This document shows, one piece after another, positions 48,905-58,411 of a stretch of DNA of 64,000 nt. The stretch is from positions 576,001-640,000 of the forward strand of contig JAWLHY010000001.1 of NCBI GenBank assembly GCA_041690135.1, given 5' to 3'. The position numbers and the translations under genes are program-made. Position 1 is the stretch's first letter, and each line of letters begins with the position of its first letter. The notes below the pieces were generated by a model, which saw only the letters and a list, made by a program, of their open reading frames with translations, searched no databases and was not told the DNA's origin. Source of the stretch: Armatimonadota bacterium. GTDB taxonomy: Bacteria; Armatimonadota; SYMT01.

Positions 48905-49036
48905 CCGGAGTGCTGGGATTTTCAGGTTTCGGTGCGACCCGAACCAGGGAAGGAAGGCTCACCCAGGGCGGGTGAAACGGACGGTATCGGGGTATAGGGG
49001 TGCTGAGGCTGATAGGCCAGTAAGGGAGGTAGGACC

Positions 49037-49225
49037 ATGATGGACAGGCTGCAGCGTAACCAGCAACGGAGCTGGCACTGGCGCGAGTGTCAGGACGATC
49101 TGACGGCTGCCTGGATGTATGACAAGCCTCGCGATCCTTCGATGGGGCAGGGGTGGTTCGATCCGCGCACGAACTGCCTTCACATCTGGAACGGTTGGGA
49201 ATGGGTGTGCGTACCCGCGGACTGA
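49037..49225 (+). CDS. Small Trp/Cys-rich hypothetical protein
   Basis: AAGGGAGG RBS; GWFDPRTNCLHIWNGWEW; hairpin downstream. Confidence 0.55.
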   Translation: MMDRLQRNQQRSWHWRECQDDLTAAWMYDKPRDPSMGQGWFDPRTNCLHIWNGWEWVCVPAD

Positions 49226-49430
49226 TCCATTTCCGTTACCGGGCTTCCGCCCTTCGGGCTTTTGGCCCGCCGGGCAGGGTTAGCGGAGGAACGGGACAGG
49301 CAGTTGAAACGGGCGCCGGGCCGCGAGGTCCGGCGTTCGATGCTTTCTGTCCCGGGGGCCCTCCGCAGCCGGTCGCGATAGAATAGCGGGGACCCACCGG
49401 CGCGACCGGGCGCAAAAGGAGCGGTAACGG

Positions 49431-50222
49431 ATGACGGATGTCGAGTTCGTGCGGGACCTGGCGGAGCGGGCGGGCGCATTGGCGCTTTCGGCATCGCGTT
49501 CCCTCCAGCGGGAGTACAAGGCGGACCAGTCGCTGGTGACGCACGTCGACCGCCGGATCGAGGAACTGATCCGCCAGGAGCTCTCCCGCCGCTTCCCGGA
49601 CGACGCCATCTACGGTGAGGAAGAGGGGGGAGACCCCTTCGCAGCCGAGCGCCTCTGGATCATCGACCCGATCGACGGCACGACGAATATGGTCTACGGG
49701 CTTCCCATCTGGGGCGTTTCGGTCGGGCTGGCGATCGGCGGAAAGCCGGCGATGGGCGCGTTCCACCTGCCCCGGCTGGAGGAGACCTACTGGTTCGAGG
49801 CCGGCGCGGGCGCCTATCGGAACGACGAGCGGCTCCGCGTGCAGGACACCGGCCCGCTGCACCAGGAAGACACCATCGGGATCGGTAGCGAAGCGATCTT
49901 CGTGGTGGAGCTGGACCATTTCGTCGGCCGGCAGCGGAACCTCGGGAGCCTCGCGGCCCACTGGTGCTTTACCGGCAGCGGCGCTCTCCGCGCCAACGTG
50001 AGCGTGCGGGACCGCCTCCACGACCTCGGCGCCGCCTACGGCGTGGCGGTGGAAGCCGGCTGCTCGGTGGAATACCTGGACGGCGGCGAGATGCCGTTCT
50101 CCACCTTCCTACATACGCCCCTAAACCTCCGACCGCTGGTGGTCGGCCCGGCCGAAACCCTCGAGCGTTTGCGCCGAGTCCTCCGCGAGCGACCCAGCGG
50201 TATCGACACGCTGGGCGAGTAA
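49431..50222 (+). CDS. Inositol monophosphatase family protein
   Basis: LVTHVD, GEE, WIIDPIDGTTN. Confidence 0.9.
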   Translation: MTDVEFVRDLAERAGALALSASRSLQREYKADQSLVTHVDRRIEELIRQELSRRFPDDAIYGEEEGGDPFAAERLWIIDPIDGTTNMVYGLPIWGVSVGLAIGGKPAMGAFHLPRLEETYWFEAGAGAYRNDERLRVQDTGPLHQEDTIGIGSEAIFVVELDHFVGRQRNLGSLAAHWCFTGSGALRANVSVRDRLHDLGAAYGVAVEAGCSVEYLDGGEMPFSTFLHTPLNLRPLVVGPAETLERLRRVLRERPSGIDTLGE

Positions 50223-50359
50223 GCGCGGTTTTCGCAAAGAACCTGCAACTTCCCCTCCGCTCACCGCTCCCATTCGTCTGACTGTAGGGTGTGCGCCATT
50301 ACCGGTGCGACCTTCACGTCTCCAGTTTACCAGCTGACGTGGGACAGCGGAGGTGGGCG

Positions 50360-51742
50360 ATGATCAACCTGGAACATTCCGGTCAGCCCTTGTGCGACGG
50401 AATCTCGCGCCGGGAGTTCCTGCGGGTGGGCGGGCTCGGACCGCTGGCGCTCTCGCTGCCGGGCCTCTATGCCGGGCAGGCACACGCCGCTACCACGCGA
50501 CCCCGGGGCACCGCGAAACGGTGCATCCAGATCTTCCTGTGGGGCGGTCCCGGCGCGCAGGAGACCTGGGACCTCAAGCCCGAGGCCCCTGTGGAGGTCC
50601 GCGGCGAGTTCAAGCCGATTCCGACCACGGTGGACGGGCTGCAGGTCTGCGAGCACATGCCGATGCTGGCGCGGCGGGCTCACCGGTACGCCGTGGTGCG
50701 GAGCTGCACCCATACCGGCATCAACCACGGCACCAGCGCCTACCACATGCTGACGGGGCACATCCACTTCGACCCCGGCACGCTCCGTCGCCCAAGCAAA
50801 GGCGACATGCCCAACCTGGGGATCAACGCCTCTCGCTTTCTGTCGCATCCGCCCAACCTGCCGGCCTGTGTGAAGATCCCACACCCGATCTGGGATGGGG
50901 GCGTCACCGAGGTGCCGGGGCAGCGGCCTGGAATCCTGGGAGACCGCTTCGAGCCGTTCCGGGTGACGGGCGACCTCACGGAAAAGGAATTCCGGCCGGA
51001 GGTGCTGCGGATGGCGCCGGGCGTGGATAACCAGCGCCTGAACCGCCGCGCGGGCCTGCTGGAATCGATCGAGCAGCGCGCGGACTACCTGCGGCGGGAC
51101 GGGGAAGGGAGCACGATCTCCGTCTTCTACGAGAAGGCGCTCAACCTGCTCAGCTCGCCGGACACCTACCGGGCTTTCGACCTGGCCAGCGAGCCGGTGA
51201 AGGCGCGGGAGCGGTACGGCATGCACTGGTTTGGGCAGAGCCTCTGCCTGGCGCGCCGGCTGATCGAGGCGGGCGTGCCGCTGGTGACCGTCTATTGGAA
51301 CACCCCGGCGCTGACCGTGGATGAGAGCTGGGACACGCATGCCGAACAGCACCGCCGGATGAAGGACTGCATCCTGCCGCCGTTCGACAAGGGACTATCC
51401 GCGCTGCTGGACGAGCTGACGGAGCGGGGTCTCTTCGATGAGACGCTGGTGACGTGGTACGGCGAATTCGGTCGAACGCCCAAGATCAACCGCAAGGGCG
51501 GCCGGGATCACTGGGGATTCTGCCAGTCGATCGGGTTTGCGGGCGGCGGGATCCGCGGTGGGGTGGTCCACGGAAGCTCCACGCCGGACGGCGGCTACGC
51601 GCATTCCGACCCCGTGACGCCGGACGACGTGGCGGCGACCGTTTTCCACTGCCTGGGGGTCAACCACCACCAGATGATGTACGACATCCAGCAGCGGCCA
51701 TTGCCGCTCAGCAACGGGGAGCCGATCAAGGCTATTCTTTGA
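50360..51742 (+). CDS. DUF1501 domain protein
   Basis: SRREFLRVG, FLWGGP..ETWDLKP, WDTH, GEFGRTP, GRDHW. Confidence 0.92.
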   Translation: MINLEHSGQPLCDGISRREFLRVGGLGPLALSLPGLYAGQAHAATTRPRGTAKRCIQIFLWGGPGAQETWDLKPEAPVEVRGEFKPIPTTVDGLQVCEHMPMLARRAHRYAVVRSCTHTGINHGTSAYHMLTGHIHFDPGTLRRPSKGDMPNLGINASRFLSHPPNLPACVKIPHPIWDGGVTEVPGQRPGILGDRFEPFRVTGDLTEKEFRPEVLRMAPGVDNQRLNRRAGLLESIEQRADYLRRDGEGSTISVFYEKALNLLSSPDTYRAFDLASEPVKARERYGMHWFGQSLCLARRLIEAGVPLVTVYWNTPALTVDESWDTHAEQHRRMKDCILPPFDKGLSALLDELTERGLFDETLVTWYGEFGRTPKINRKGGRDHWGFCQSIGFAGGGIRGGVVHGSSTPDGGYAHSDPVTPDDVAATVFHCLGVNHHQMMYDIQQRPLPLSNGEPIKAIL

Positions 51743-51744
51743 CC

Positions 51745-52206
51745 CTATTTGAGCAGCGAGCTCCACTCCTGGTCGATGGGGGTTTCTTCGTCGGTTTCTT
51801 CCCATTCGGCCCAGAGAGCGTTCATTTCGTGGTGGCGCCGCTGCTCGAGGACGTAGGCCATCACGCGTTTCACGTGGGAGCGGCTCACGCTGAAGACGCC
51901 GTAACCGTCGTCCCAGAGGAAATCGGGGTCGTCCAGCAGGTTGGCGCCGATGTGGCGCGCGGACCCTTCCTTCACCCGCTGCACCAGGTCGTCGGGAGCG
52001 ATGCTGGAGGGGAGCATGACCAGCAGGTGGACGTGATCCGGCATGCCGCTGACGGCCATCACCGAGCAGCCGAGGGACTTGGCCTCGCTTTCGATGCAGC
52101 GCCACGCCGCCCGCTCGATGTCGTTTGAGATCAACGGCTGCTTGCGGTGCGTGGCCCACACCAGGTGGATGTAGATCTCCGACTTGCTGTGACTCCGGCT
52201 GCCCAT
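51745..52206 (-). CDS. tnpA: IS200/IS605 family HUH transposase (TnpA)
   Basis: IHLVWAT, DHVHLL (HUH), W..GYGVFSVS, catalytic AYV..Q..HH. Confidence 0.88.
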   Translation of the reverse strand: MGSRSHSKSEIYIHLVWATHRKQPLISNDIERAAWRCIESEAKSLGCSVMAVSGMPDHVHLLVMLPSSIAPDDLVQRVKEGSARHIGANLLDDPDFLWDDGYGVFSVSRSHVKRVMAYVLEQRRHHEMNALWAEWEETDEETPIDQEWSSLLK

Positions 52207-52301
52207 GACACTCAATCTCCCCCTGGCGCACTCGACCTATTGGCCGAGAGGCGTCTGCATCGTTAGAAGGGGATTCTGGCACGTCCGGCAGAGAAAAAGA
52301 C

Positions 52302-52934
52302 CTACTTTCGATGGATAGTTGTTGCTTGGCCGACACGCTCTGTCCAGAGTTCAAGGGCGCGAGCGTGTTCTTCGGGGGTGTTCACATTCAGGAAGGTCAG
52401 GCCCACCGGGTCCATCTTGCGAAGCTCGTCTTCCCCGACGATGCGCGTCCGGGCGTGCGAGTAGAGATCGACCATCCGACGGTGGCCGGCCGCGAGTTGC
52501 TGCTCCACGAGCGGTTGCATAGAGGTGCGGTAAATCGCCTGCAGCGGGTGGAGACGACCGCTCCACTCCGGAACGACGGCGTCGTAGTCGCCGGACAGGC
52601 CCAGCAGGTAACGCGCGAGGTCGGGATCGAGGAACGGCACGTCGCAGGAAGCGACGAAGGCCAGGGGGCGCGTGATGCACTTGAGCCCTACCGCCAGGCC
52701 GGCCAACGGGCCTTCCCCGGGGCGCTCGTCGTAGACGAGGCGGGCGGGGGTCGGAGGGAGATCCTGGCCCGGCGCGCTCACGACAATGACCTCCGGGAAC
52801 CGGTCCAGCATCCGCTCGACCAGGTGGGCCAGGAGGGGGCGACGATCGAACTCCAGCCAGGCTTTGGGCGTGCCCATCCGGCTGCTGCGGCCGCCGGCGA
52901 GGAAGACCACCGCGCACTCACTCTCCGGAGGCAT
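52302..52934 (-). CDS. mobA: Molybdenum cofactor guanylyltransferase
   Basis: LAGGRSSRMG..KA, GPLAGL, CDVP, NVNTPEE. Confidence 0.92.
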   Translation of the reverse strand: MPPESECAVVFLAGGRSSRMGTPKAWLEFDRRPLLAHLVERMLDRFPEVIVVSAPGQDLPPTPARLVYDERPGEGPLAGLAVGLKCITRPLAFVASCDVPFLDPDLARYLLGLSGDYDAVVPEWSGRLHPLQAIYRTSMQPLVEQQLAAGHRRMVDLYSHARTRIVGEDELRKMDPVGLTFLNVNTPEEHARALELWTERVGQATTIHRK

Positions 52935-54771
52935 CCGTATCCTGCTCCGTGGGCGCGGTGGGGGAGGCCTCCGCCGGTTCCAGCAAATCGCCCCGCGCCG
53001 CCAGTCGCCACGCCAGGAATTTCCGGTAGATGCCCTCCTCGAACGCTGCGGTGCCGGCAAAGCTGCGGTCGTCCAGGACCTCCGCACGGAGGTCCGCGAT
53101 GGCCCACCGGGCGACCACCCACGGAGCCATTCCGAACACCTGGAGGAAGGTCACCCCGTTGCGCATCCGGTAGAGGTAACGTTCGGCTTGCTGGGCACCC
53201 TTTTCCGCCTCGCATTCAACGGTGAGGTCCGTAGCGGATTCGCTGCCCGAGGTTTCCAGCTTCTCGTGTTCTACTCCCCAGCCCAGGAGAACGAGCATCG
53301 CCGTTCGGAAACGGCGGAGATCCGATTCCAGGAATCCGCCCTTTGCCGGTTGGGAGACCCGCCGTTCCAGGTGGTTGAGCTGCTCGGCCAAGTATTTTCG
53401 GAGGCTGCCCAGAGCCCGGTGGAGTTCTTCGGCGACCGCCTGTTCGTCTGAAATCCCAGGCGGATTTGTGTTCTTCAGGGCGGGTTGCTCTGTCGCCCCT
53501 TCAGGGCTTTTCTGTGCGGGCGCCGGGTCCGGGGGTTCGCACCCCCGGCTATCCTCTCGCCGCCCCTCCTGGGCTCCGAACCGGCTATCTTCTTGCCGCC
53601 CCTCCGGGGCTGCCAACGGGCTATGTTCCTGTCGCCCCTCCGGGGCTGCCGACGGGCTGTCCACAGCTCCCAATTCTGGGGATACCAACCCGCTGTTCTC
53701 TTGTCGGCCCTCCAGGGCTGCCAACGGGTTTTCCGCAGGTTGCTCTTTCGATTCGGAAGCAGGCTCTGCGGTAACAACGCGGCTCTTGTCGGCACTTGGT
53801 CCATCATGCTTCGGAAGACCCTCGAGTGCTCCTAGCGACAGGATCAGGCTACCCATCATGGAGACGACGGAGGTGAACCCTTCGAATACCTCGGCCAGGC
53901 TCTCCTCCGCGTCCGACGGTAGCGGAGTGGCGCGAGGTGAGAGCGTAGGCGCTTCTGCGGGAGTGGGGGCCCCGGAGGTGGCTCCTACCGAACCGGCCGC
54001 GAGCAGCAGGACGGCGTATTTCCGGCAGATGTGTACCGCGAAATCCATCGGGTGGGATGCGCCGTTCAGGGCGGACAGTGCGGCGATTAGATCATCGAGG
54101 ACGGCATCGATGAACGCCATGGGCTTGAGGCAGGCCGCTTCCGCCATCGGTGGCCCCGAGTGAAAGGTGTAGCGAAAGGTCGGCGGGAGGGACTCGCCCC
54201 ACTCGGGGTGTGGTGGATCGTAGGTGGCATCGCCGGCGCATCGGACCACGGCCTGGAGAAGGCGTGTCTCCTGGGGCCGCGCCGCCCAGGCCAGCACCCC
54301 CGCCTTGAAGGCGTAGAGATCGTCCACGGGTGGAGTATCTCGCAAATGCGCCTTCAGGTCATTCAACCGTTCCAACAGGCGTTCCCGGGCCTCGCGAAAG
54401 AGTAATTCTATGGTGTTATCGGCATCCAATAGTTCCGCCGTCTCCAAGAGCGCGGCGGCCTCCGGATCGGCTGCCCGAGTCGCGGAAACGGCTGAGAGGA
54501 CCGTGTGGAGAATGTCGATTTCTCTCACGCTCAGTTCGAGGGGCTCGGCGAGCCAGGGGATCCGGTTGGGCGTACGGAGACCGGGGGCCTCGCCGCGACC
54601 CCAGGACATGCTGCCGCGGAAGGGCCAGCGGTCGTACGGGGAGCCGCCGGAAGGGGGACCGGCTTCCCCCGACCCGGGAGGGGCGGGCGGCCAGCGAGGC
54701 GGGCCGCCACGCGAGCCGGAGGGCAGGGTGTCCGGCGGCTTGAATTCTTCCTGCGTGTCCGGAGCGTGCAT
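52918..54771 (-). CDS. Hypothetical protein containing in-frame REP-derived inserts
   Basis: 617 aa ORF overlapping the mobA start; repeated AAPEGRQE peptides coincide with DNA palindromes. Confidence 0.65.
   Translation of the reverse strand: MHAPDTQEEFKPPDTLPSGSRGGPPRWPPAPPGSGEAGPPSGGSPYDRWPFRGSMSWGRGEAPGLRTPNRIPWLAEPLELSVREIDILHTVLSAVSATRAADPEAAALLETAELLDADNTIELLFREARERLLERLNDLKAHLRDTPPVDDLYAFKAGVLAWAARPQETRLLQAVVRCAGDATYDPPHPEWGESLPPTFRYTFHSGPPMAEAACLKPMAFIDAVLDDLIAALSALNGASHPMDFAVHICRKYAVLLLAAGSVGATSGAPTPAEAPTLSPRATPLPSDAEESLAEVFEGFTSVVSMMGSLILSLGALEGLPKHDGPSADKSRVVTAEPASESKEQPAENPLAALEGRQENSGLVSPELGAVDSPSAAPEGRQEHSPLAAPEGRQEDSRFGAQEGRREDSRGCEPPDPAPAQKSPEGATEQPALKNTNPPGISDEQAVAEELHRALGSLRKYLAEQLNHLERRVSQPAKGGFLESDLRRFRTAMLVLLGWGVEHEKLETSGSESATDLTVECEAEKGAQQAERYLYRMRNGVTFLQVFGMAPWVVARWAIADLRAEVLDDRSFAGTAAFEEGIYRKFLAWRLAARGDLLEPAEASPTAPTEQDTDASGE
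53491..53719. repeat. REP-like cluster inside CDS
   Basis: GCCCCTCCGGGGC variants at 53495, 53562, 53598, 53634, 53706. Confidence 0.85.
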
Positions 54772-54801
54772 CGGGCACCCTCCCCCGGGGTTGTGTGGTC
54801 G

Positions 54802-55113
54802 TCAGGAACGCCGGCTTCCCACCACCTGGGTCTCTTCGTGGGACTGGTGTGCTCCCAGGGAACGGCTTTCCAGGTGGTCCAGGCGACGATCCACGAGGCG
54901 CATCTGGTTATCAAGACCAAGGATCAGGTCATTGTTCTGCCGGCGGAGGTGCTGGACCTCTTCCCGCAGGGCCTTGATCTCCTGGGTGAAGGTGGCCTGG
55001 TCGTCCCGCCCCCGCTTCTGGAAAATGGCCTTGATCGTGTTGAGGAGCGTCACCCAGACGCCCGTGCCGGCCGCGATGGCCACGACCGCCACTACCATTT
55101 CTTCTTCGCCCAT
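54802..55113 (-). CDS. Small membrane-anchored coiled-coil protein
   Basis: GGGAGGG RBS; N-terminal TM helix then heptads. Confidence 0.65.
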   Translation of the reverse strand: MGEEEMVVAVVAIAAGTGVWVTLLNTIKAIFQKRGRDDQATFTQEIKALREEVQHLRRQNNDLILGLDNQMRLVDRRLDHLESRSLGAHQSHEETQVVGSRRS

Positions 55114-55133
55114 TGCACCCTCCCCAGGTCCGA

Positions 55134-55583
55134 TCAAAGGTCGGCCAGCAGATCTCCCGCCGCATGGGACCGGAGGCGTTCGAACTGCGCTCGCAGCCAC
55201 TCCCGGTCTTCCCGCCGGCCGCGGAGGGCTTCCTCCTGGGCCTGCACGTACTCCTGAAACCGCCCCCGGAACTGGCCCCGCTGAAACGCTTCTTTGACGG
55301 CCCGGACGGCGCCCCAGTTCGAAACACGCAGCCGCAGCATCAAGTCATTATCGTCGACGCGGCCGGCCACTTCGACTTCTCCGACGGTCGCCCGGGGCAC
55401 CTCCGGGCTTCCGTCGGGAAAGCCATGCGTCCACCCGGCGGGAGCGTTCTCCGGGCTGCAGAAGAAGAGGATGGAACGTGAGCGCACGCGGAAGTAGCCG
55501 CCATGGACCAGGTCCAGCTCCGCGGCGGCTTGCTTCACCGCTTCCCACTCCTCGGTTGTCAGTTCGATCCGGTCCTCGTCCAC
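55134..55583 (-). CDS. Hypothetical protein
   Basis: 149 aa ORF closely spaced in the M16-mobA run. Confidence 0.65.
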   Translation of the reverse strand: MDEDRIELTTEEWEAVKQAAAELDLVHGGYFRVRSRSILFFCSPENAPAGWTHGFPDGSPEVPRATVGEVEVAGRVDDNDLMLRLRVSNWGAVRAVKEAFQRGQFRGRFQEYVQAQEEALRGRREDREWLRAQFERLRSHAAGDLLADL

Positions 55584-55588
55584 GAGTA

Positions 55589-56818
55589 CTAGCTTAGTGA
55601 CTGGAGGGGCCCCAGGGCAACGATCGTGAGCGTATCGAACGGCCTCCGATCCAGGAACGCTCCGATGTCGGCCAGGGTTACGCCGAGATAGCGATCGATG
55701 ACCTCATCCAGCGGCGCGTGAGTCTGCCGGTACTGCCAATCGAAGCCCACGTGGAACAGGCGGCCGCGCGGAGTCTCGTCGTGGAGCACCAGCGCACTGG
55801 CGATCTTGCGCTTGGCCCGCTCCAGCTCGTCCGCCGTCAGGCCTTCGTCCAATACCTTGGCGTAGACGCCGCGGATGCGGTCTACCACCGTCTGAGTGTT
55901 CTCGGGGTCGCAGGAGGCGTAGCCGAAAAAGGTGCCGGAGCCGTCCTCCTCATCGTGTCCGAGGCGGACACTGTCGGCCAGACCGGGATCGACCAACTCC
56001 CAGTAGAGCCGGCTGCCCTCGCCGCCGCCGATGACGTGCGCCACGATGTCCGCGAGATACCGCTGATCGCTCTGCGCCGGGACGCCGGGGGAAACGAAAG
56101 CCACGTGCTCGCGATGGATCTGTTCCTTCACGATCGTGTGCACGCCGGAGCGCGGCTCGAACGGGGGTGTCTCGCGCGGGCTGTCCGCCGGACGCCAGTT
56201 CTTCGTGGCCGCGGAAACCCGGTGGACCGCCTGGTCCCAGTCGAAGTTGCCGGTGAGCGCCAGCAGCAGGTTGTTTGGCGCGTAACGGCGCTCCCAGTAA
56301 GCGCACATCTGGTCGCGCTGGAGGGCTGTGATCGACTCGGAGGTGCCCAGCACGGACTGTCCTAGCGGGTGATTCTTGTAATAGATGGACCGCGCCTCGT
56401 CGATGACGGTGAACTGCGGACGGTCCTTGTACATCGCGATCTCTTCCAGGATGACGTTCTTCTCCATGTCAAAGTCGTCGTTCCGGAGGCTCGGATGCAT
56501 CATGTCGGTCAGCAGGTCCAGCAGTCCCGCCTGGTGCTCGGGCAGCACCGCGCCGTAGTAGACGGTGTACTCCTCGCCGGTGAAGGCGTTGTAGTCCGCC
56601 CCCATCTCATCGAACTCACGGTTCACGTCGTCCGCGCTCCGCCGTTCAGTGCCCTTGAACAGCATATGCTCGAGGAAGTGGCTCACCCCGCTCACTTCGG
56701 CTGTTTCGTCCCGGGCGCCCGTGCGGACGAAGTATCCGCCCGCCATGCTCAACGCGGACGGCTTCTGCTCGCCGATGATGGTGAGGCCATTATCGAGAAC
56801 GGTCTTCTGGAACTTCAC
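55589..56818 (-). CDS. M16 (pitrilysin) family peptidase, active subunit
   Basis: SHFLEHMLFKG (HxxEH), NAFT, EKNVILEE. Confidence 0.93.
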   Translation of the reverse strand: MKFQKTVLDNGLTIIGEQKPSALSMAGGYFVRTGARDETAEVSGVSHFLEHMLFKGTERRSADDVNREFDEMGADYNAFTGEEYTVYYGAVLPEHQAGLLDLLTDMMHPSLRNDDFDMEKNVILEEIAMYKDRPQFTVIDEARSIYYKNHPLGQSVLGTSESITALQRDQMCAYWERRYAPNNLLLALTGNFDWDQAVHRVSAATKNWRPADSPRETPPFEPRSGVHTIVKEQIHREHVAFVSPGVPAQSDQRYLADIVAHVIGGGEGSRLYWELVDPGLADSVRLGHDEEDGSGTFFGYASCDPENTQTVVDRIRGVYAKVLDEGLTADELERAKRKIASALVLHDETPRGRLFHVGFDWQYRQTHAPLDEVIDRYLGVTLADIGAFLDRRPFDTLTIVALGPLQSLS

Positions 56819-58053
56819 TCCGCTACCTCCAGTTGCTGCGGCCCCAGGGTCATGATCGTAAAGTCCCGCGCCGGATGCCGCTGCAGGTACTCACGAATGC
56901 TCTCCGGAGTCACCTTCTCCACGCCGGACCGGATCTCGTCCATGGTACGGATCCGGTCGATCAGGTACTGGTCGCGGGCGATTGCGCCCGCGCGGGCGCG
57001 GGAGGTTTCACTCTGCATCACCAGGGAAGAGAGCACGCCGGTCCGGGCGCGCGCCAGTTCCTCGTCGGTCACGCCCTCGCCCAGGCGCACCAGTTCGGCC
57101 AGCAGCACGTCCAGGGTGTCCTGGCAGCGCTCCGGCGTGGTGCTGGCGTACGCGATGATGCTTCCCATCCCCTTCAGGGTCTGCGGCATCGCGCGCACGG
57201 TGTAGCAGAGGCCCCGCTTCTCTCGAACCTCCGTGAACAGGCGCGCCGCCATGCCGCCGGAGAGGACCTCGATGGCCATCCGCATGTTGTAGTAATCGGG
57301 ATGACCTAGCGGCACGGAGGGGTAGACGGCCCCGATCTGCTCCTGGTTGGTGTCCTGCGGGATGTGGCGGTACTTCGTGCGGCCCGCGATGTCGGGGACG
57401 GGTTGCTCCGGCGCGGTCCCTTCCCAGTCGCCCAGGGTGCGATGGATCGTATCGCTCAGCTCCGACCAGGTGAACCGCCCGGCGATCGCCAGGATGGCGC
57501 CGCCCGGACGGTAGCGGCGGGTGTGATCCTGCGCGACGGATTCGGGGGTCAGCGCCTGGAGACCGGCCTCGTTTCCGAGGGGCGTGCGACCGTAGTTGTT
57601 GGTGTAGTAGGCGCGCCGCAGGTTAACGAAAAGCTTGTCGGCCGGGCTGTCTTCGAGGCGCTCCAGCTTCTGGAGCGCCAGGGCCTGCTCCGCGGGGAAC
57701 TGGTCGGCGGGGAGGTGCGGCCGCCGGAGAATATCGGCGTAGATCTCCAGCGCGCGGTGGAGGTCATCGGCCAGCATCGCTCCGCCGAAGGTGGCGTACT
57801 CCAGCTCCGCGCCGCCGCCCCGCTGGATACCCAGGGCGTCCAGGGCGTCGGAAAGCTGTCGCGAATCCCGGCTGCCCGCGCCGCGGTAACAGAGACCTTC
57901 CAGCACGGTGGCGGAACCCTCGAGGCCGTCCGGATCGGTGACGGCGCCGGCGGGAATCAGGAAGTGGAAGGCCGCGGAGCGGACCTCGGGTTGGTGTTCG
58001 GCCACAACGGTGAGGCCGTTCGGTAACTGAAGGGTATAGTGGGTGCCCTGCAA
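56815..58053 (-). CDS. M16 family peptidase, inactive subunit
   Basis: LPNGL, RLFTEVREKRGLCY; HxxEH replaced by TVLEG; 4-bp overlap with partner. Confidence 0.9.
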   Translation of the reverse strand: MQGTHYTLQLPNGLTVVAEHQPEVRSAAFHFLIPAGAVTDPDGLEGSATVLEGLCYRGAGSRDSRQLSDALDALGIQRGGGAELEYATFGGAMLADDLHRALEIYADILRRPHLPADQFPAEQALALQKLERLEDSPADKLFVNLRRAYYTNNYGRTPLGNEAGLQALTPESVAQDHTRRYRPGGAILAIAGRFTWSELSDTIHRTLGDWEGTAPEQPVPDIAGRTKYRHIPQDTNQEQIGAVYPSVPLGHPDYYNMRMAIEVLSGGMAARLFTEVREKRGLCYTVRAMPQTLKGMGSIIAYASTTPERCQDTLDVLLAELVRLGEGVTDEELARARTGVLSSLVMQSETSRARAGAIARDQYLIDRIRTMDEIRSGVEKVTPESIREYLQRHPARDFTIMTLGPQQLEVAE

Positions 58054-58411
58054 GGATCGACTCCCTTCTTGCCCTCCTCTGGCTCTGAATCTCGCCCGGA
58101 TAAAGACAGACTGTCCAGCAGAGGGGCAGCGGTCACGGTATTCTAACCCTGTCTTTCCCACCACGTCCAAACACGATCCGCGAATGGGCGTTCCGGCGGG
58201 CGATCCGCGAATAGAGCGAATTAAGCGAAGAGATAGGGTGGGTGGTCAGGTGTGGGAAGTATGGCGTGATGCGTGCTTCGTGTTGTGTAATCCGAACTGT
58301 CTGGGGCGTGAGTGAGGCCGGGCAGCGGGCAGTCCGTTCAGGTGGACAAAGGAGAACGGCAAGTGCGGCGGAGGGGGAGTAACATCATGCGAGTGTTGGA
58401 AGAATGAGACG

